Under the pieces are notes generated by a model. It ran no database searches, was not told where the DNA came from, and saw nothing but the letters and a program-made list of their open reading frames with translations. Positions 12,823-23,900 of a stretch of DNA of 64,000 nucleotides are shown piece after piece. Position numbers and translations under genes: made by a program. Source of the stretch: Anthoceros angustus (Eukaryota; Plantae; Anthocerotophyta); the NCBI GenBank assembly GCA_010909165.1, contig VJWM01000222.1, forward strand, positions 186,001-250,000, given 5' to 3'. How positions within the stretch are numbered: position 1 is the stretch's first letter; each line of letters begins with the position of its first letter.

Positions 12823-12833
12823 TGGTATCGAGC
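12823..12833 (+). promoter_or_regulatory. Primer binding site, tRNA-iMet type
   Basis: tggtatcgagc matches the canonical TGGTATCAGAGC with one base missing, 2 nt after the LTR-terminal CA. Confidence 0.85.
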
Positions 12834-15800
12834 AAGAGAATCGACCGCAGAAGCGTGAGGTCCACAACGTGAGTCAATCACCGGAACCGCAAGAGACGTA
12901 ATTCCAGCTCCCCGGCTGTGATCCGATTCGGATGTATGAGTGAATTGAGGCTCATGAGGTAGTTCGCACTGGGCATACCTTGAGTTCTCACATCTCCGAA
13001 TCTTCGTGCACTCTGGAGACCATCCCAACCCACATCCCGCAAGGAGACCACCGTAGTTACGACATGGGAGACCGCGCGCACAAAGGGAAATGGAGCGGAG
13101 CTCACCACCAGCAGAAGACCCGCACTTGGAAAGCATTGGCGAAAGAGTACGAGGTCGAAGAGGTAGAGACCCTGGTCCAATCGAGGGAGGCCGACCAAAT
13201 CCAGTGATTGGTCGCCCCACCGATCCCACTGAAGGGCGAGGCGACACCGACGATCGCGAAAGACGATCTGAAGTCTGACCGCTCCAACCGAACGAGAAGA
13301 ACCGACCGACGCAACGGGTTGGCCAAGATCCAACACGCCAGGATCCGCACCAAGGAAGCGAGGTCGCAGCCCGCTCTCGACACTGCAACGACGGCCAGAC
13401 GGAGTGAATGGCCATGCCCCAAATTCGTGAACCGCAGGGACATGAACCGAGGATTCCGCCAAATTTTGATTTCACCGTGCAAGGTTGCGCCAAGTCGACC
13501 ACCGTGGTGGTGTGGAGAATAACTGGAGCTCGAGTCAAACAATCGAGAGTTGGAGGGACAACCGTCTCGCGCAATTGTTGAGCAGACTCACCGCCCGGCC
13601 CAACCGCAACACAAGGGGACACAGTCAAGGCCCACCAACCCACCCCGCAATCCTCACCAGGGTACCTGTAAAAAGACCGGCCCTCAAGACACCTGTGGCC
13701 GGGATGGCAAGAGATGAGGAAGAGGGTCGAGGGTCACCTGCTCCAGAATCCGGACGAGCTCGTGAGGACGAGTCCTCAAGAGGTTGGTGGTCGAGTTGTG
13801 GGCGAAAAGAAAACAAGGACATCAAGGCCTTGGCCGACACCCCCTCATGAGGTACGAGAATTGGGAGCAAGCCAAGGCCAAGGAAGAGTCGATTTGTTGG
13901 AGGGAGACGAGCCTTTTCAAACCCCGCCCACTACTTGACAAGGAGTTGCGTGAAGATAAAACCACGACTTTTGACGGATTGTCAAGCTGCCTACGCTGGG
14001 CTGGACAAGATGGAGAAATACCGCTGCTGAGAAGGATGATCTCCAACGCATCGCTTTGTCATGTCGCCGAGGGTTGCGCGATCGTGGTGGAGGCAACGGG
14101 AACGGCAAGTCGATCTGGTATGGAGATCGCCATACACTTGGGCGTGTTCGTGCAAGTGTTCTTAGAGCATTTCCTCGCAAATCACAATGAGACCAGACGT
14201 AGCCGCAAAATCTATCAGGGATGCAGTGAGATCTGACAAGTTCTTATGTACCACTTGATCTTCCTCCGATGAAGAACAAAAAGTGGAGAATCGATGGCCT
14301 TCGTTCGAATCATACGATGTCAACTGACCAACCCCAACACCGTTGATATGAAAGCCGCCATGAACTATGGCCAATAAGTATAAACACTTGGGCACCTCCA
14401 ACCCTTCCAAAGAAATCGAATGGGGAAGTCATTAACGGGACCGAGAAACCATTTTAAACTTAATCAAGAAGAGAAGAACACAGAGAAAAAGGAAGAATGC
14501 ACTGCACATCGACCATGGTTCACGCAGCTCACGTGAGGGACTTCATCGCATGGTCAAGGAGACAGGAATTCCACCCAACCCTTCTTCTCAAACCCCGCCA
14601 CAAAAGCAACCACTCTGGTTTTAGAAGAGGTACCAAACGAACACCGAAAAACCCTAGGTCTTGCAATGGTGTGCTTGAATGCATGTGACCCATGTCCCGA
14701 TCAAGCTAAAGGTTCACATAGCGGGACATGTTGCCAGCCTCTCCTAGACTCGTGCTAGCCACCACTACATCTGAGTCCGCAAGACGGCGGGCAGTCTGCA
14801 CATCCAACACTGGTCGATTCAACAGTACCACTGGAAGCAAGGATGAGGGACGAGCGGATGGCTTTACCTTCCCCGAGGTTTCTGAGAAGTGCAAGTCATG
14901 CCAAGCTTGGCACATGACGTCATTGGGAAACCGTGGGCCGCCCATTCTCACCAACTCATAGACGGAAAAGAACTTAGTAACCCTAGGGGCATGGACAGAT
15001 CAGACATGAAACTTACCTTGGACAAGCACCTTCGTCGCCTTGCAACCACCAAGGGAAGTCAGACATCGCTGTCAAGTGTAGTTCCTCCGGAGGGCACCGC
15101 AGAATCACGGCAGCATGATAACTCGGAGGAACTCCTCAAGAGTTTAAGGCTCGTTTGATGTTATTTGCATCCCACCGCCCTACCCCAAGACGGGCCACCG
15201 ATCACAAGATCGAGCTAGTGCCCGGCATCGAGAATCAACAGCCCATACCGCACAAGATGGAAAATGAGGAGATCAAAAGGTAGATGAATTTCGGACAAGG
15301 GGTTTGTGAGGCCAAGCACCTCACCTTATGGAGCGCTGTTGTTGGTGGCGAAACCCGACGGTGGTGGAGACTCAGATCGACTATGAGGATTGAATCGGCC
15401 ACCATCGAATGTCTACCAGATGCCCGATCGATGAGATTTTGGACCACCGCATGGGTGCCTTGGTTCACCAAAATCGACCGCGGGTCGGTTTCACCAAATC
15501 GACTCAAGGAGGGGATGAGCTAGACCGCATTTAGAACACGGCATGGTCACCAGAGTTTGTAGTGATGCCTGGCTTACAATGCCCCACGACCTTCCAATGT
15601 CTCATGCAAGATTCTTCACCAACGCCAGGCAAGGGGTCGAGGTCTTCCTAGATGATATCTTGATCCACTCGCACCAAGCCACCCACATCGAACTCGAAGG
15701 TATTCACTCTTCTCAAGCATCAACCGGCCAAGAGGAGCAAGTGTACCTTCATGCGAAGTTGAGTATCTGACATCATTAGCCAAGGGCATCGCATGGATCT

Positions 15801-16136
15801 GTGCAGGTGGCCGAGTGGCGCCTCAAGGACATCACCCAACTAAGTAGGGCTTCTATCGCAGTTTTATCAAGAGCTTCACCAAATTGCTCTTCCTTTGACA
15901 GAAGCCTCAAGCGTCCACCGCCCAGAGTTCCAACCGACAGAGGCGCTGTGCCTTTGAGGCGGTAGCCTTGAGCAACGGGCTGCTGCAGAGCATGGGAACC
16001 TAAGCACGCTACTGTGATGCATCGATGGTGCCATTGGTGCGGGTTGCGCAAGGGAGGGTGATAGCCTCCAACAACCTGGGCATTAAATTAATACCCGATA
16101 AGGAGATGTTATGATCGTCCATGCCCTCGAAAGTGT

Positions 16137-18653
16137 GGCGCCACTCGGCCACCTGCACAGATCCATGCGATGCCCTTGGCACTAATGATGTGTCCAAGAT
16201 ACTCAACTTCTCGCATGAAGGTACACTTGCTCCTCTTGGCCGGTTGATGCTTGAGAAGAGTGAATACCTTCGAGTTCGATGTGGGTGGCTTGGTGCGAGT
16301 GGATCAAGATATCATCTAGGAAGACCTCGACCCCTTGCCTGGCGTTGGTGAAGAATCTTGCATGAGACATTGGAAGGTCGTGGGGCATTGTAAGCCAGGC
16401 ATCACTACAAACTCTGGTGACCATGCCGTGTTCTAAATGCGGTCTAGCTCATCCCCTCCTTGAGTCGATTTTGGTGAAACCGACCCGCGGTCGATTTTGG
16501 TGAACCAAGGCACCCATGCGGTGGTCCAAAATCTCATCGATCGGGCATCTGGTAGACATTCGATGGTGGCCGATTCAATCCTCATAGTCGATCTGAGTCT
16601 CCACCACCGTCGGTTTCGCCACCAACAACAGCGCTCCATAAGGTGAGGTGCTTGGCCTCACAAACCCCTTGTCCGAAATTCATCTACCTTTTGATCTCCT
16701 CATTTTCCATCTTGTGCGGTATGGGCTGTTGATTCTCGATGCCGGGCACTAGCTCGATCTTGTGATCGGTGGCCCGTCTTGGGGTAGGGCGGTGGGATGC
16801 AAATAACATCAAACGAGCCTTAAACTCTTGAGGAGTTCCTCCGAGTTATCATGCTGCCGTGATTCTGCGGTGCCCTCCGGAGGAACTACACTTGACAGCG
16901 ATGTCTGACTTCCCTTGGTGGTTGCAAGGCGACGAAGGTGCTTGTCCAAGGTAAGTTTCCTTCCAAAGTCGATCTGTCACGCGACCCCTAGGGTTACTAA
17001 GTTCTTTTCCGTCTATGAGTTGGTGAGAATGGGCGGCCCACGGTTTCCCAATGACGTCATGTGCCAAGCTTGGCATGACTATGCATTTCAAAGACTTCTA
17101 CGAAACCTCGAAGGTAAGAGTCGCTCGCCCACCGCCGTCCCTCACATCCTTGCTTCCAGTGGTACTGTTGAATCGACCAGTGTTGGATGTGCAGACTGCC
17201 CGCCGTCTTGCGGACTCAGATGTAGTGGTGGCTAGCACGAGTCTAGGAGAGGCTGGCAACATGTCCCGCTATGTGAACCTTTAGCTTGATCGGGACATGG
17301 GTCTTGCTACATGCATTCAAACGCAGACACCATTGCAAGACCTAGGGTTTTTCGGTGTTCGTTTGGTACCTCTTCTAAAACCAGAGTGGTTGCTTTTGTG
17401 GCGGGGTTTGAGAAGAAGGGTTGGGTGGAATTCCTGTCTCCTTGACCATGCGATGAAGTCCCTCACGTGAGCTGCGTGAACCATGGTCGATGTGCAGTGC
17501 ATTCTTCCTTTTTCTCTGTGTTCTTCTCTTCTTGATTAAGTTTAAAATGGTTTCTCGGTCCCGTTAATGACTTCCCCATTCGATTCTTTGGAAGGGTTGG
17601 AGGTGCCCAAGTGTTTATACTTATTGGCCATAGTTCATGGCGGCTTTCATGGCATCAACCGTGGTGTTGGGGTTGGTCAGTTGACATCGTATGATTCGAA
17701 CGAAGGCCATCGATTCTCCACTTTTTGTTCTTCATCGGAGGAAGATCAAGTGGTACATAAGAACTTGTCAGATCTCACTGCATCCCTGATAGATTTTGCG
17801 GCTACGTCTGGTCTCATTGTGATTTGCGAGGAAATGCTCTAAGAACACTTGCACGAACACGCCAAGTGTATGGCGATCTCCATACCAGATCGACTTGCCG
17901 TTCCCGTTGCCTCCACCACGATCGCGCAACCCTCGGCGACATGACAAAGCGATGCGTTGGAGATCATCCTTCTCAGCAGCGGTATTTCTCCATCTTGTCC
18001 AGCCCAGCGTAGGCAGCTTGACAATCCGTCAAAAGTCGTGGTTTTATCTTCACGCAACTCCTTGTCAAGTAGTGGGCGGGGTTTGAAAAGGCTCGTCTCC
18101 CTCCAACAAATCGACTCTTCCTTGGCCTTGGCTTGCTCCCAATTCTCGTACCTCATGAGGGGGTGTCGGCCAAGGCCTTGATGTCCTTGTTTTCTTTTCG
18201 CCCACAACTCGACCACCAACCTCTTGAGGACTCGTCCTCACGAGCTCGTCCGGATTCTGGAGCAGGTGACCCTCGACCCTCTTCCTCATCTCTTGCCATC
18301 CCGGCCACAGGTGTCTTGAGGGCCGGTCTTTTTACAGGTACCCTGGTGAGGATTGCGGGGTGGGTTGGTGGGCCTTGACTGTGTCCCCTTGTGTTGCGGT
18401 TGGGCCGGGCGGTGAGTCTGCTCAACAATTGCGCGAGACGGTTGTCCCTCCAACTCTCGATTGTTTGACTCGAGCTCCAGTTATTCTCCACACCACCACG
18501 GTGGTCGACTTGGCGCAACCTTGCACGGTGAAATCAAAATTTGGCGGAATCCTCGGTTCATGTCCCTGCGGTTCACGAATTTGGGGCATGGCCATTCACT
18601 CCGTCTGGCCGTCGTTGCAGTGTCGAGAGCGGGCTGCGACCTCGCTTCCTTGG
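16137..18653 (-). repeat. Near-exact inverted duplication of 13348-15822 (family C gag to RT)
   Basis: Identical ORFs in mirror positions, e.g. 13485..13850(+) = 18153..18518(-) and 13625..13870(-) = 18133..18378(+). Confidence 0.95.
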
Positions 18654-19320
18654 TGGATTTATGCAAGGCCGATACAAAAAGGTGCTTGTCCAAGGTAAGT
18701 TTCTTCCTGCAGACATCGATCCGTCTGACCCCTAGGGTTACTAAGTTCTTTTCCGCCTATGAAGTTGGTGAGAATGGGCGCCACTGCTTCCCCACAATCA
18801 CGCCATGTGCCAAGCTTGGCATGACTATGCATTTCACTTCTACGAAACCTCGTGGAAGGTAAGAGTCGCTCGCCCACCGCCGTCCTCACATCCTTGCTTC
18901 CAGCCGTGACGATGTAGAAGTCGACCCAGTGTTGGATGTGGTGCCCGCCCCTCGGACTCGAGATGGTGGTGGCTAGCACCGAGTCTAGGAGAGTCAGGCA
19001 ACATGTCCCGCTATGTGAACCTTTAGCTTGACGACATGGGTCTTGCTACATGCATTCAAACGCAAAGACCCATTGCAAGACCTAGGGTTTTGAGCGTGTT
19101 CGCTTCCTAGATTTCTAAAACCACCGAGTGGTTGCTTTTGTTAGCGGGGTTTGAGAAGAAGGGTTGGGGTGGAATTCCCCTCCTTCACCATGCGATGAAG
19201 TCCCTCCTGAGGGCAAACAAGGAACCATGGTCGAGTCGCATGTAAAGCACCTTTTTCTCCAGATTCTTCTTCTTCTTCGAGGATTTTAAAGTCGGGTTTC
19301 GGTCCATCACAGACTTCCCC
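18654..19320 (-). mobile_element. Diverged family C fragment (Gag end/protease region)
   Basis: Similar to 16935-17580 (aaggtgcttgtccaaggtaagtttc, ccaagcttggcatgactatgcattt) and to 55255-55560. Confidence 0.8.
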
Positions 19321-22071
19321 ATTTGAGCGTGCATTGAGATCCATACATCCAAGTTCGACCAATTAAAACACTATACCTGGCGACTTGTGGATGACCACAT
19401 AATCCATTAGATAGGGATGGTCCCAATGATCGTTAACACGTCACAATTCTCCTCACGGCACCATTACGGACATATCGCCAACCGCAAAACCTTGCTGTAT
19501 GTTCGATTTCCAACCCCAATTTTCGCCGTTTCCTCGTCATGATATTCACACCTACCCGTGTCGAGGTACCCTTTTATGACATCCGATCTCTACAGGTTCA
19601 GGGTCCTTGGTCAACCATGGATACTAGATTGGGAAGTGGCCTTGGACTGGTTTAGGAAGGGCATCGCTTTTCTTGGGTGGGCTTCCTTCAATGCCCTCGA
19701 TCTGCTGCCTATCTGGGTTGTCTCGAAGGGTTGTCGAATGTGATCATAAAATGATCCATGATGGCCTCCGCTAAGTTAAAGGAAGCACCTTCTCAGCTTT
19801 CCCCGCCCGGGGTTCGTTGGTTGTAGACCCAGTGTTAGGCTTCGAGTCTGGTGGCTTCTCGGTGGGGTGGCGGACTGGGTGGGCATTGAAAGGCATCTCC
19901 GCCTCCTCCCTTGGCCTTCTTACTCCCCTCCTGGATCATATCCACAACCTCTTCCATCGTCCGGTGGAAATCCTAACCCATTTTCTCACCTTTCGGCAAT
20001 TCTGCGGGAGCTTGTAAAGTTTCTCGACTATGTCCGTTGATTCCTTTTCCTGCTTTGAATTTCCACCGCCTTGGAACACTCAGTCTCACACACCTTCACC
20101 CCATTGGTTCGTCAGCCAAAGTACCGGATGCGCTTGGGTCCGTTCCACCTCTGAGCCTTCGCAAATTTTGACATTTCCTCGCTTGGGTGAGAACGCTCCC
20201 TCATCCACCAGTGGTCGTATCTACCTCCTTCTTCTTTTCTTTCCCCACGCCTCTTTTCCTTAGCTTTTGAGCTCCGTTCGACGACCATGGCGGATGCCTC
20301 CCCATAATAATCGCTATCCGTGGCATCTAAACCCTCTAAGCTCTTAGGGTCTTAATCTTGGCGTCCTCCCATATAGCCATCAACGCGTCTTCTACATGCA
20401 TGGCGGGGCACCTTGGCGCGGTGAACCCCGTCAGGCTGCGCGATCCACGTGTTTTCGGGGTTTTGGCGAGTACACTTCACCGCCAAATGCCCTTTGACAA
20501 TCTTGGCAGTTTATCGAAATCTCCATTGCCTTGCCGAGTTGGCAGGCAAGCATAGTGTCCAAGGTTGCGAGTTGTAGCAGCATTGGATTATTACTCCGCC
20601 CGGTGATTTGACACGCCTGCGGAATTTCGTAAGTTGGAGGGATACATAGTCTTGGTACACTTTTGACTTCACGAATTTGGTATGTATCCTCCACGAGGTA
20701 TCTTCCTCTTCCTCCTCATATCAGCGGATGCACTCTGTTGTCGGGCGGTTAGCCTTGGAGTGACCTACTGTCCACACGTTGAGCGAAGAGGTTAGCCCGT
20801 GGATTCGTGACGACTCTCCTTCTCTCGTGTTCCTTTTACGTTAAGATGGAATTTCTCAAATTTTGCCATCATCTCCTCCATCTTGTTTCCCTGTTGTTCC
20901 ACTTTCTTGGCTGCCACCTCGGCCTCCCTCCTTGCTTGCTCCGCATCCTTTTCGCGCTCTTGTTTCGCCCTTGCACTCTTTGTTGTCCGTGCGACCCTTC
21001 ATTTTTCTTTTTTGGCGCTCCTCATCGATGGCGCTTCCCACTGTCACTCGTTTCTTCCTCCGTGGAACTTTTCATGGAATCTTCTTGGAGCTCTCTTCAC
21101 GATGAACTTTCTTCCGAGGAGGATGAGAATCCCTTCTCTTTTTCCTGATCAGGCTTCCTCTTCTCCTTCCTAGCTCTCTTTATATCATGCGGGTTGGATT
21201 CCTCATATAATTTAGCGCCGCGATAGCCTTGCCCAAATTCTTCTCCGCTTTGCAACCTTCGTGTCTCCCCATCTTAGAACCCGGGCCTTTAGCGAACCAC
21301 CGTATTGCTGCAACTCAGATGAGGGCCACTTGATCGCGTGGTATGAAACCTCTCAACATACGCTTAGGTTTCCTTCCTTCCTCTCTCGCTTTTCAAGTTT
21401 GGACAACACGTATCCCTCCACGTCAAGCCCCTAAACCTCTCACAGGCGGTTTTAACTCTTCAAAGGTGGCGGAGGTGTGGGACTTGAGTATTCGCCTATA
21501 CCACTTTTGGACCTCCCGAAGAACTCCATAGAACGGTGAATGTGCATCTCCGCTTCTGGTTTGCAAATGTCATGCTCGCTCAACAAATTCATCGGGGTCC
21601 TCATACCCTTCCCTCTCCCCTACAGGTAAGGTTGCTTGGTGGTGACCACCACCGGCACAGTGGTGGTACATGACTATCGTGATTCGGTAAGTGGTTGATT
21701 CAACGGTTCTGTGGAAGATTGATCTGGGCGATTGGAAGAGAGTCGGGAAGATGGAATTGGTCGAGGTTCCTTGGTGTGGTACCTCGTCCAAGTCGAGGTT
21801 GGGGATCTTGCTCCAACAAGATCGGACCCCGCCCTGGTTGATTCCTTACTTCCCTTCTCCTCCCGGCAGTGCGTCTTCGGTTGGGTCCTCCTCAACTCCC
21901 GGTTTGCAACCCTTTTCAACCTTTCCGATTGCTTGGCTGTCGCTTCACTCAGGCTTTCCGTCCCGACTTAACTCAATCCTCCGACTCAACTCGTGGCATC
22001 CATCTACCCAACTAGATACACTCCAAACTAGACACCTAAGCTATGGTTAGTCTTCCTATAACCAGTTTCAT

Positions 22072-22085
22072 TCCCGGCAGCGCCA
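22072..22085 (-). promoter_or_regulatory. Primer binding site, tRNA-Asp type (Athila-like)
   Basis: tggcgctgccggga versus the Athila consensus TGGCGCCGTTGCCGGGGA, 3 nt after the LTR-terminal CA. Confidence 0.7.
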
Positions 22086-22088
22086 AAA

Positions 22089-23023
22089 TGTGGAATGGGT
22101 TTTGCATCCGAACGCAAAGAGGCCACATTTACCCTCTATGTCGTTATAGTCCTAGGATTCGATCCCAAGGGAATGGTTTTGTGTCAAGATGTTCTAAAAC
22201 TATGGACTCTAGTCCTACCACAATCGATCACTACCCCTCCGTAACTACCATGCCCAAACTCACCACCGTGGAAGACTCGCCACCACCTTGGAAGACTCGG
22301 CCACCACCGTGGAAGACTCGGCCACCACGTGGAAGGCTCTCAACCGTGTGGTTGGCTCAACCATGGCGGGCCCCACCACGCGCCCTCGTGTCGCGGGTGA
22401 CTATTTGTCACCCGGCTTCTCCGGGCGCGGTCCTTGGGGTTATGGACATACACACACACCTACATGTACTCTTACTTCTCTTCCAGGATACTCATGATCG
22501 GATCTTCTCCGAGGGTTATGCACCACGACCTCGAATGCGGCGCCTCACTCCGCCGCTAGTTTCCCGCGACCCACCATTCACTTCCACTCTTCTCGATCAT
22601 TTCCCGACTTCCCATACGCATACACAATCCCCTACAACAAGACACTCAACCGCCTCCGGGACCTTCCACTCCACAAATAAATCCTCTCCCTCTCTCCCAC
22701 AGACCTCACCTCGGGCCACACTTCTCTCATGGAATGAAACAAACACGTGGCGCGGTTTGGGAAGGAGGGACAGAAGGAAAACACGTCAAGATGGGCGATT
22801 CGCCTTTGGCGGCCTCACCCCAGCCTTCCATGGAAATTCCTACCTCACCCCCATGCGCTACCCCCACCTCCCGGACGTGGAGCTTGGCCACTCCCTCGGA
22901 TCTTCCCGGCCTTCTTGTACGAGAAGACGTGCATCGAACCGCTTGATCGATCGACGCTCTAACCAACCTCGCGTAGATTCATCACACGGAAGTTCACACC
23001 GAAATTGTCTCAAGAGAGACACA
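22089..23023 (-). repeat. 5' LTR of family E (distal boundary uncertain)
   Basis: The CA end adjoins the PBS. A possible TG start (tgtgtctctc on the minus strand) lies at 23023, but the LTR may instead be interrupted by the family A insertion. Confidence 0.55.
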
Positions 23024-23027
23024 AAAG

Positions 23028-23900
23028 GGTCAGAGGTTGCCAGACCGCCCTGATATAGACATGGTACACAGGACGGCCGGGGCCCATGGGACATGGCCCC
23101 ACTGGCCAGGGACGGGCCCCAGCCAATGGATGGCGGGCCCAAAGCCCGACCATGGGACATGGCGATCCACAATGGATGGGGCTGCAGGGGCCCCAGCCAT
23201 GGGACATGGCGATCCGGCCCGGACACGGATTGGGCCGCCATGGGACATTGCGTCCACAGCCGGATGCCGGATCGCCGGGGCTGCAGCCCGTCACCACCAA
23301 CGTCAAACACAAGGACTAAGGTACTAAAAGAATGTGAAGTTGATGTATGTTTGTTTTATAAACTACGCCTAGTTGGTCATTTTTAACCAAGAACATGTCC
23401 TTTATTTTGATTGGCCCATAGTCCAAGGATGCATTTCTTTTAAATACTAGTTCTAGAAAATAGATCCGTTATGAGCGGATAAGTAGGTCAAGAATAGCCT
23501 TAGCTATAGGTGTGAAAGGGCTAAGTATAGGCCCCAAATGCTGCGTGTGTTCAAGCGTGGGAGAGGAAGAACCAAGAGCGTGAGGCTGTAGCATTGCATC
23601 ATGGCGCAAGAATCTGGAGGAACGCTAAGCGGGCGTGAGGATGATGACCAAGCGTGAGGATGAGGACCCGAGGCGAGATCCGAGGGTTTCGGTCAAAATC
23701 GGCGCTGGAGCGCTATTCTTTGTTGGGAACCAAAGCACTTTGTGAATCTGGCGCAATCCATGAATCAAATCGTGTAGATCTGCAGTTTTGCTCACCATGT
23801 GTCTCCGCTGCAGGCGTAAGGCGTGATTCTGGACTCAGCCAGCGCAAAGCTGGGCTGGCCAAGGAAGCTTCAAGAAAACCACGATTCGCACCCATTGCGG
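23028..23900 (+). repeat. Family A terminal repeat A1
   Basis: Colinear with 34401-35262: gaggttgcca(a)gacc start, catgggacatggcgatcc subrepeats, aagaatgtgaa.ttgatgtatgtttgttttataaactacg (23328/34708), end gcttcaagaaaaccacgattc..cacccatt. Confidence 0.88.

Larger units (their letters stand above)
12548..16136 (+). mobile_element. Chromovirus-type Ty3/gypsy (family C), truncated within RNase H
   Basis: RT motifs [36 protein letters not shown] and VEVFLDDILIHS (15320-15670). RNase H CDAS..AIGA and DKEML..VHAL.VWRH (16010-16145). iMet PBS. Integrase and chromodomain are absent. Confidence 0.88.
19315..23023 (-). mobile_element. Athila-like Ty3/gypsy (family E): 5' LTR, PBS, gag, protease
   Basis: The LTR ends ...ccaca at 22089 on the minus strand and is followed by tttggcgctgccggga. 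Gag motif EGYEDPDEFVE (~21580-21620). Protease KGYLDTG.GVNIM (~19535-19575). The copy at 60050-64000 continues into an Athila-type RT. Confidence 0.8.

Noticed and set aside
12816-13643. 275-aa and other long minus-strand ORFs over family C gag
   Set aside because: They are shadow ORFs of GC-rich retrotransposon sequence with no independent motifs.
15820-16140. Chromodomain in family C
   Set aside because: The element is truncated before integrase, so the chromovirus assignment rests only on RT motifs and the iMet PBS.
22043-23053. Longest ORF in the track (336 aa) as a host gene
   Set aside because: It is antisense across an LTR/PBS, is a low-complexity P/S/T/R-rich translation, and has no recognisable domain.
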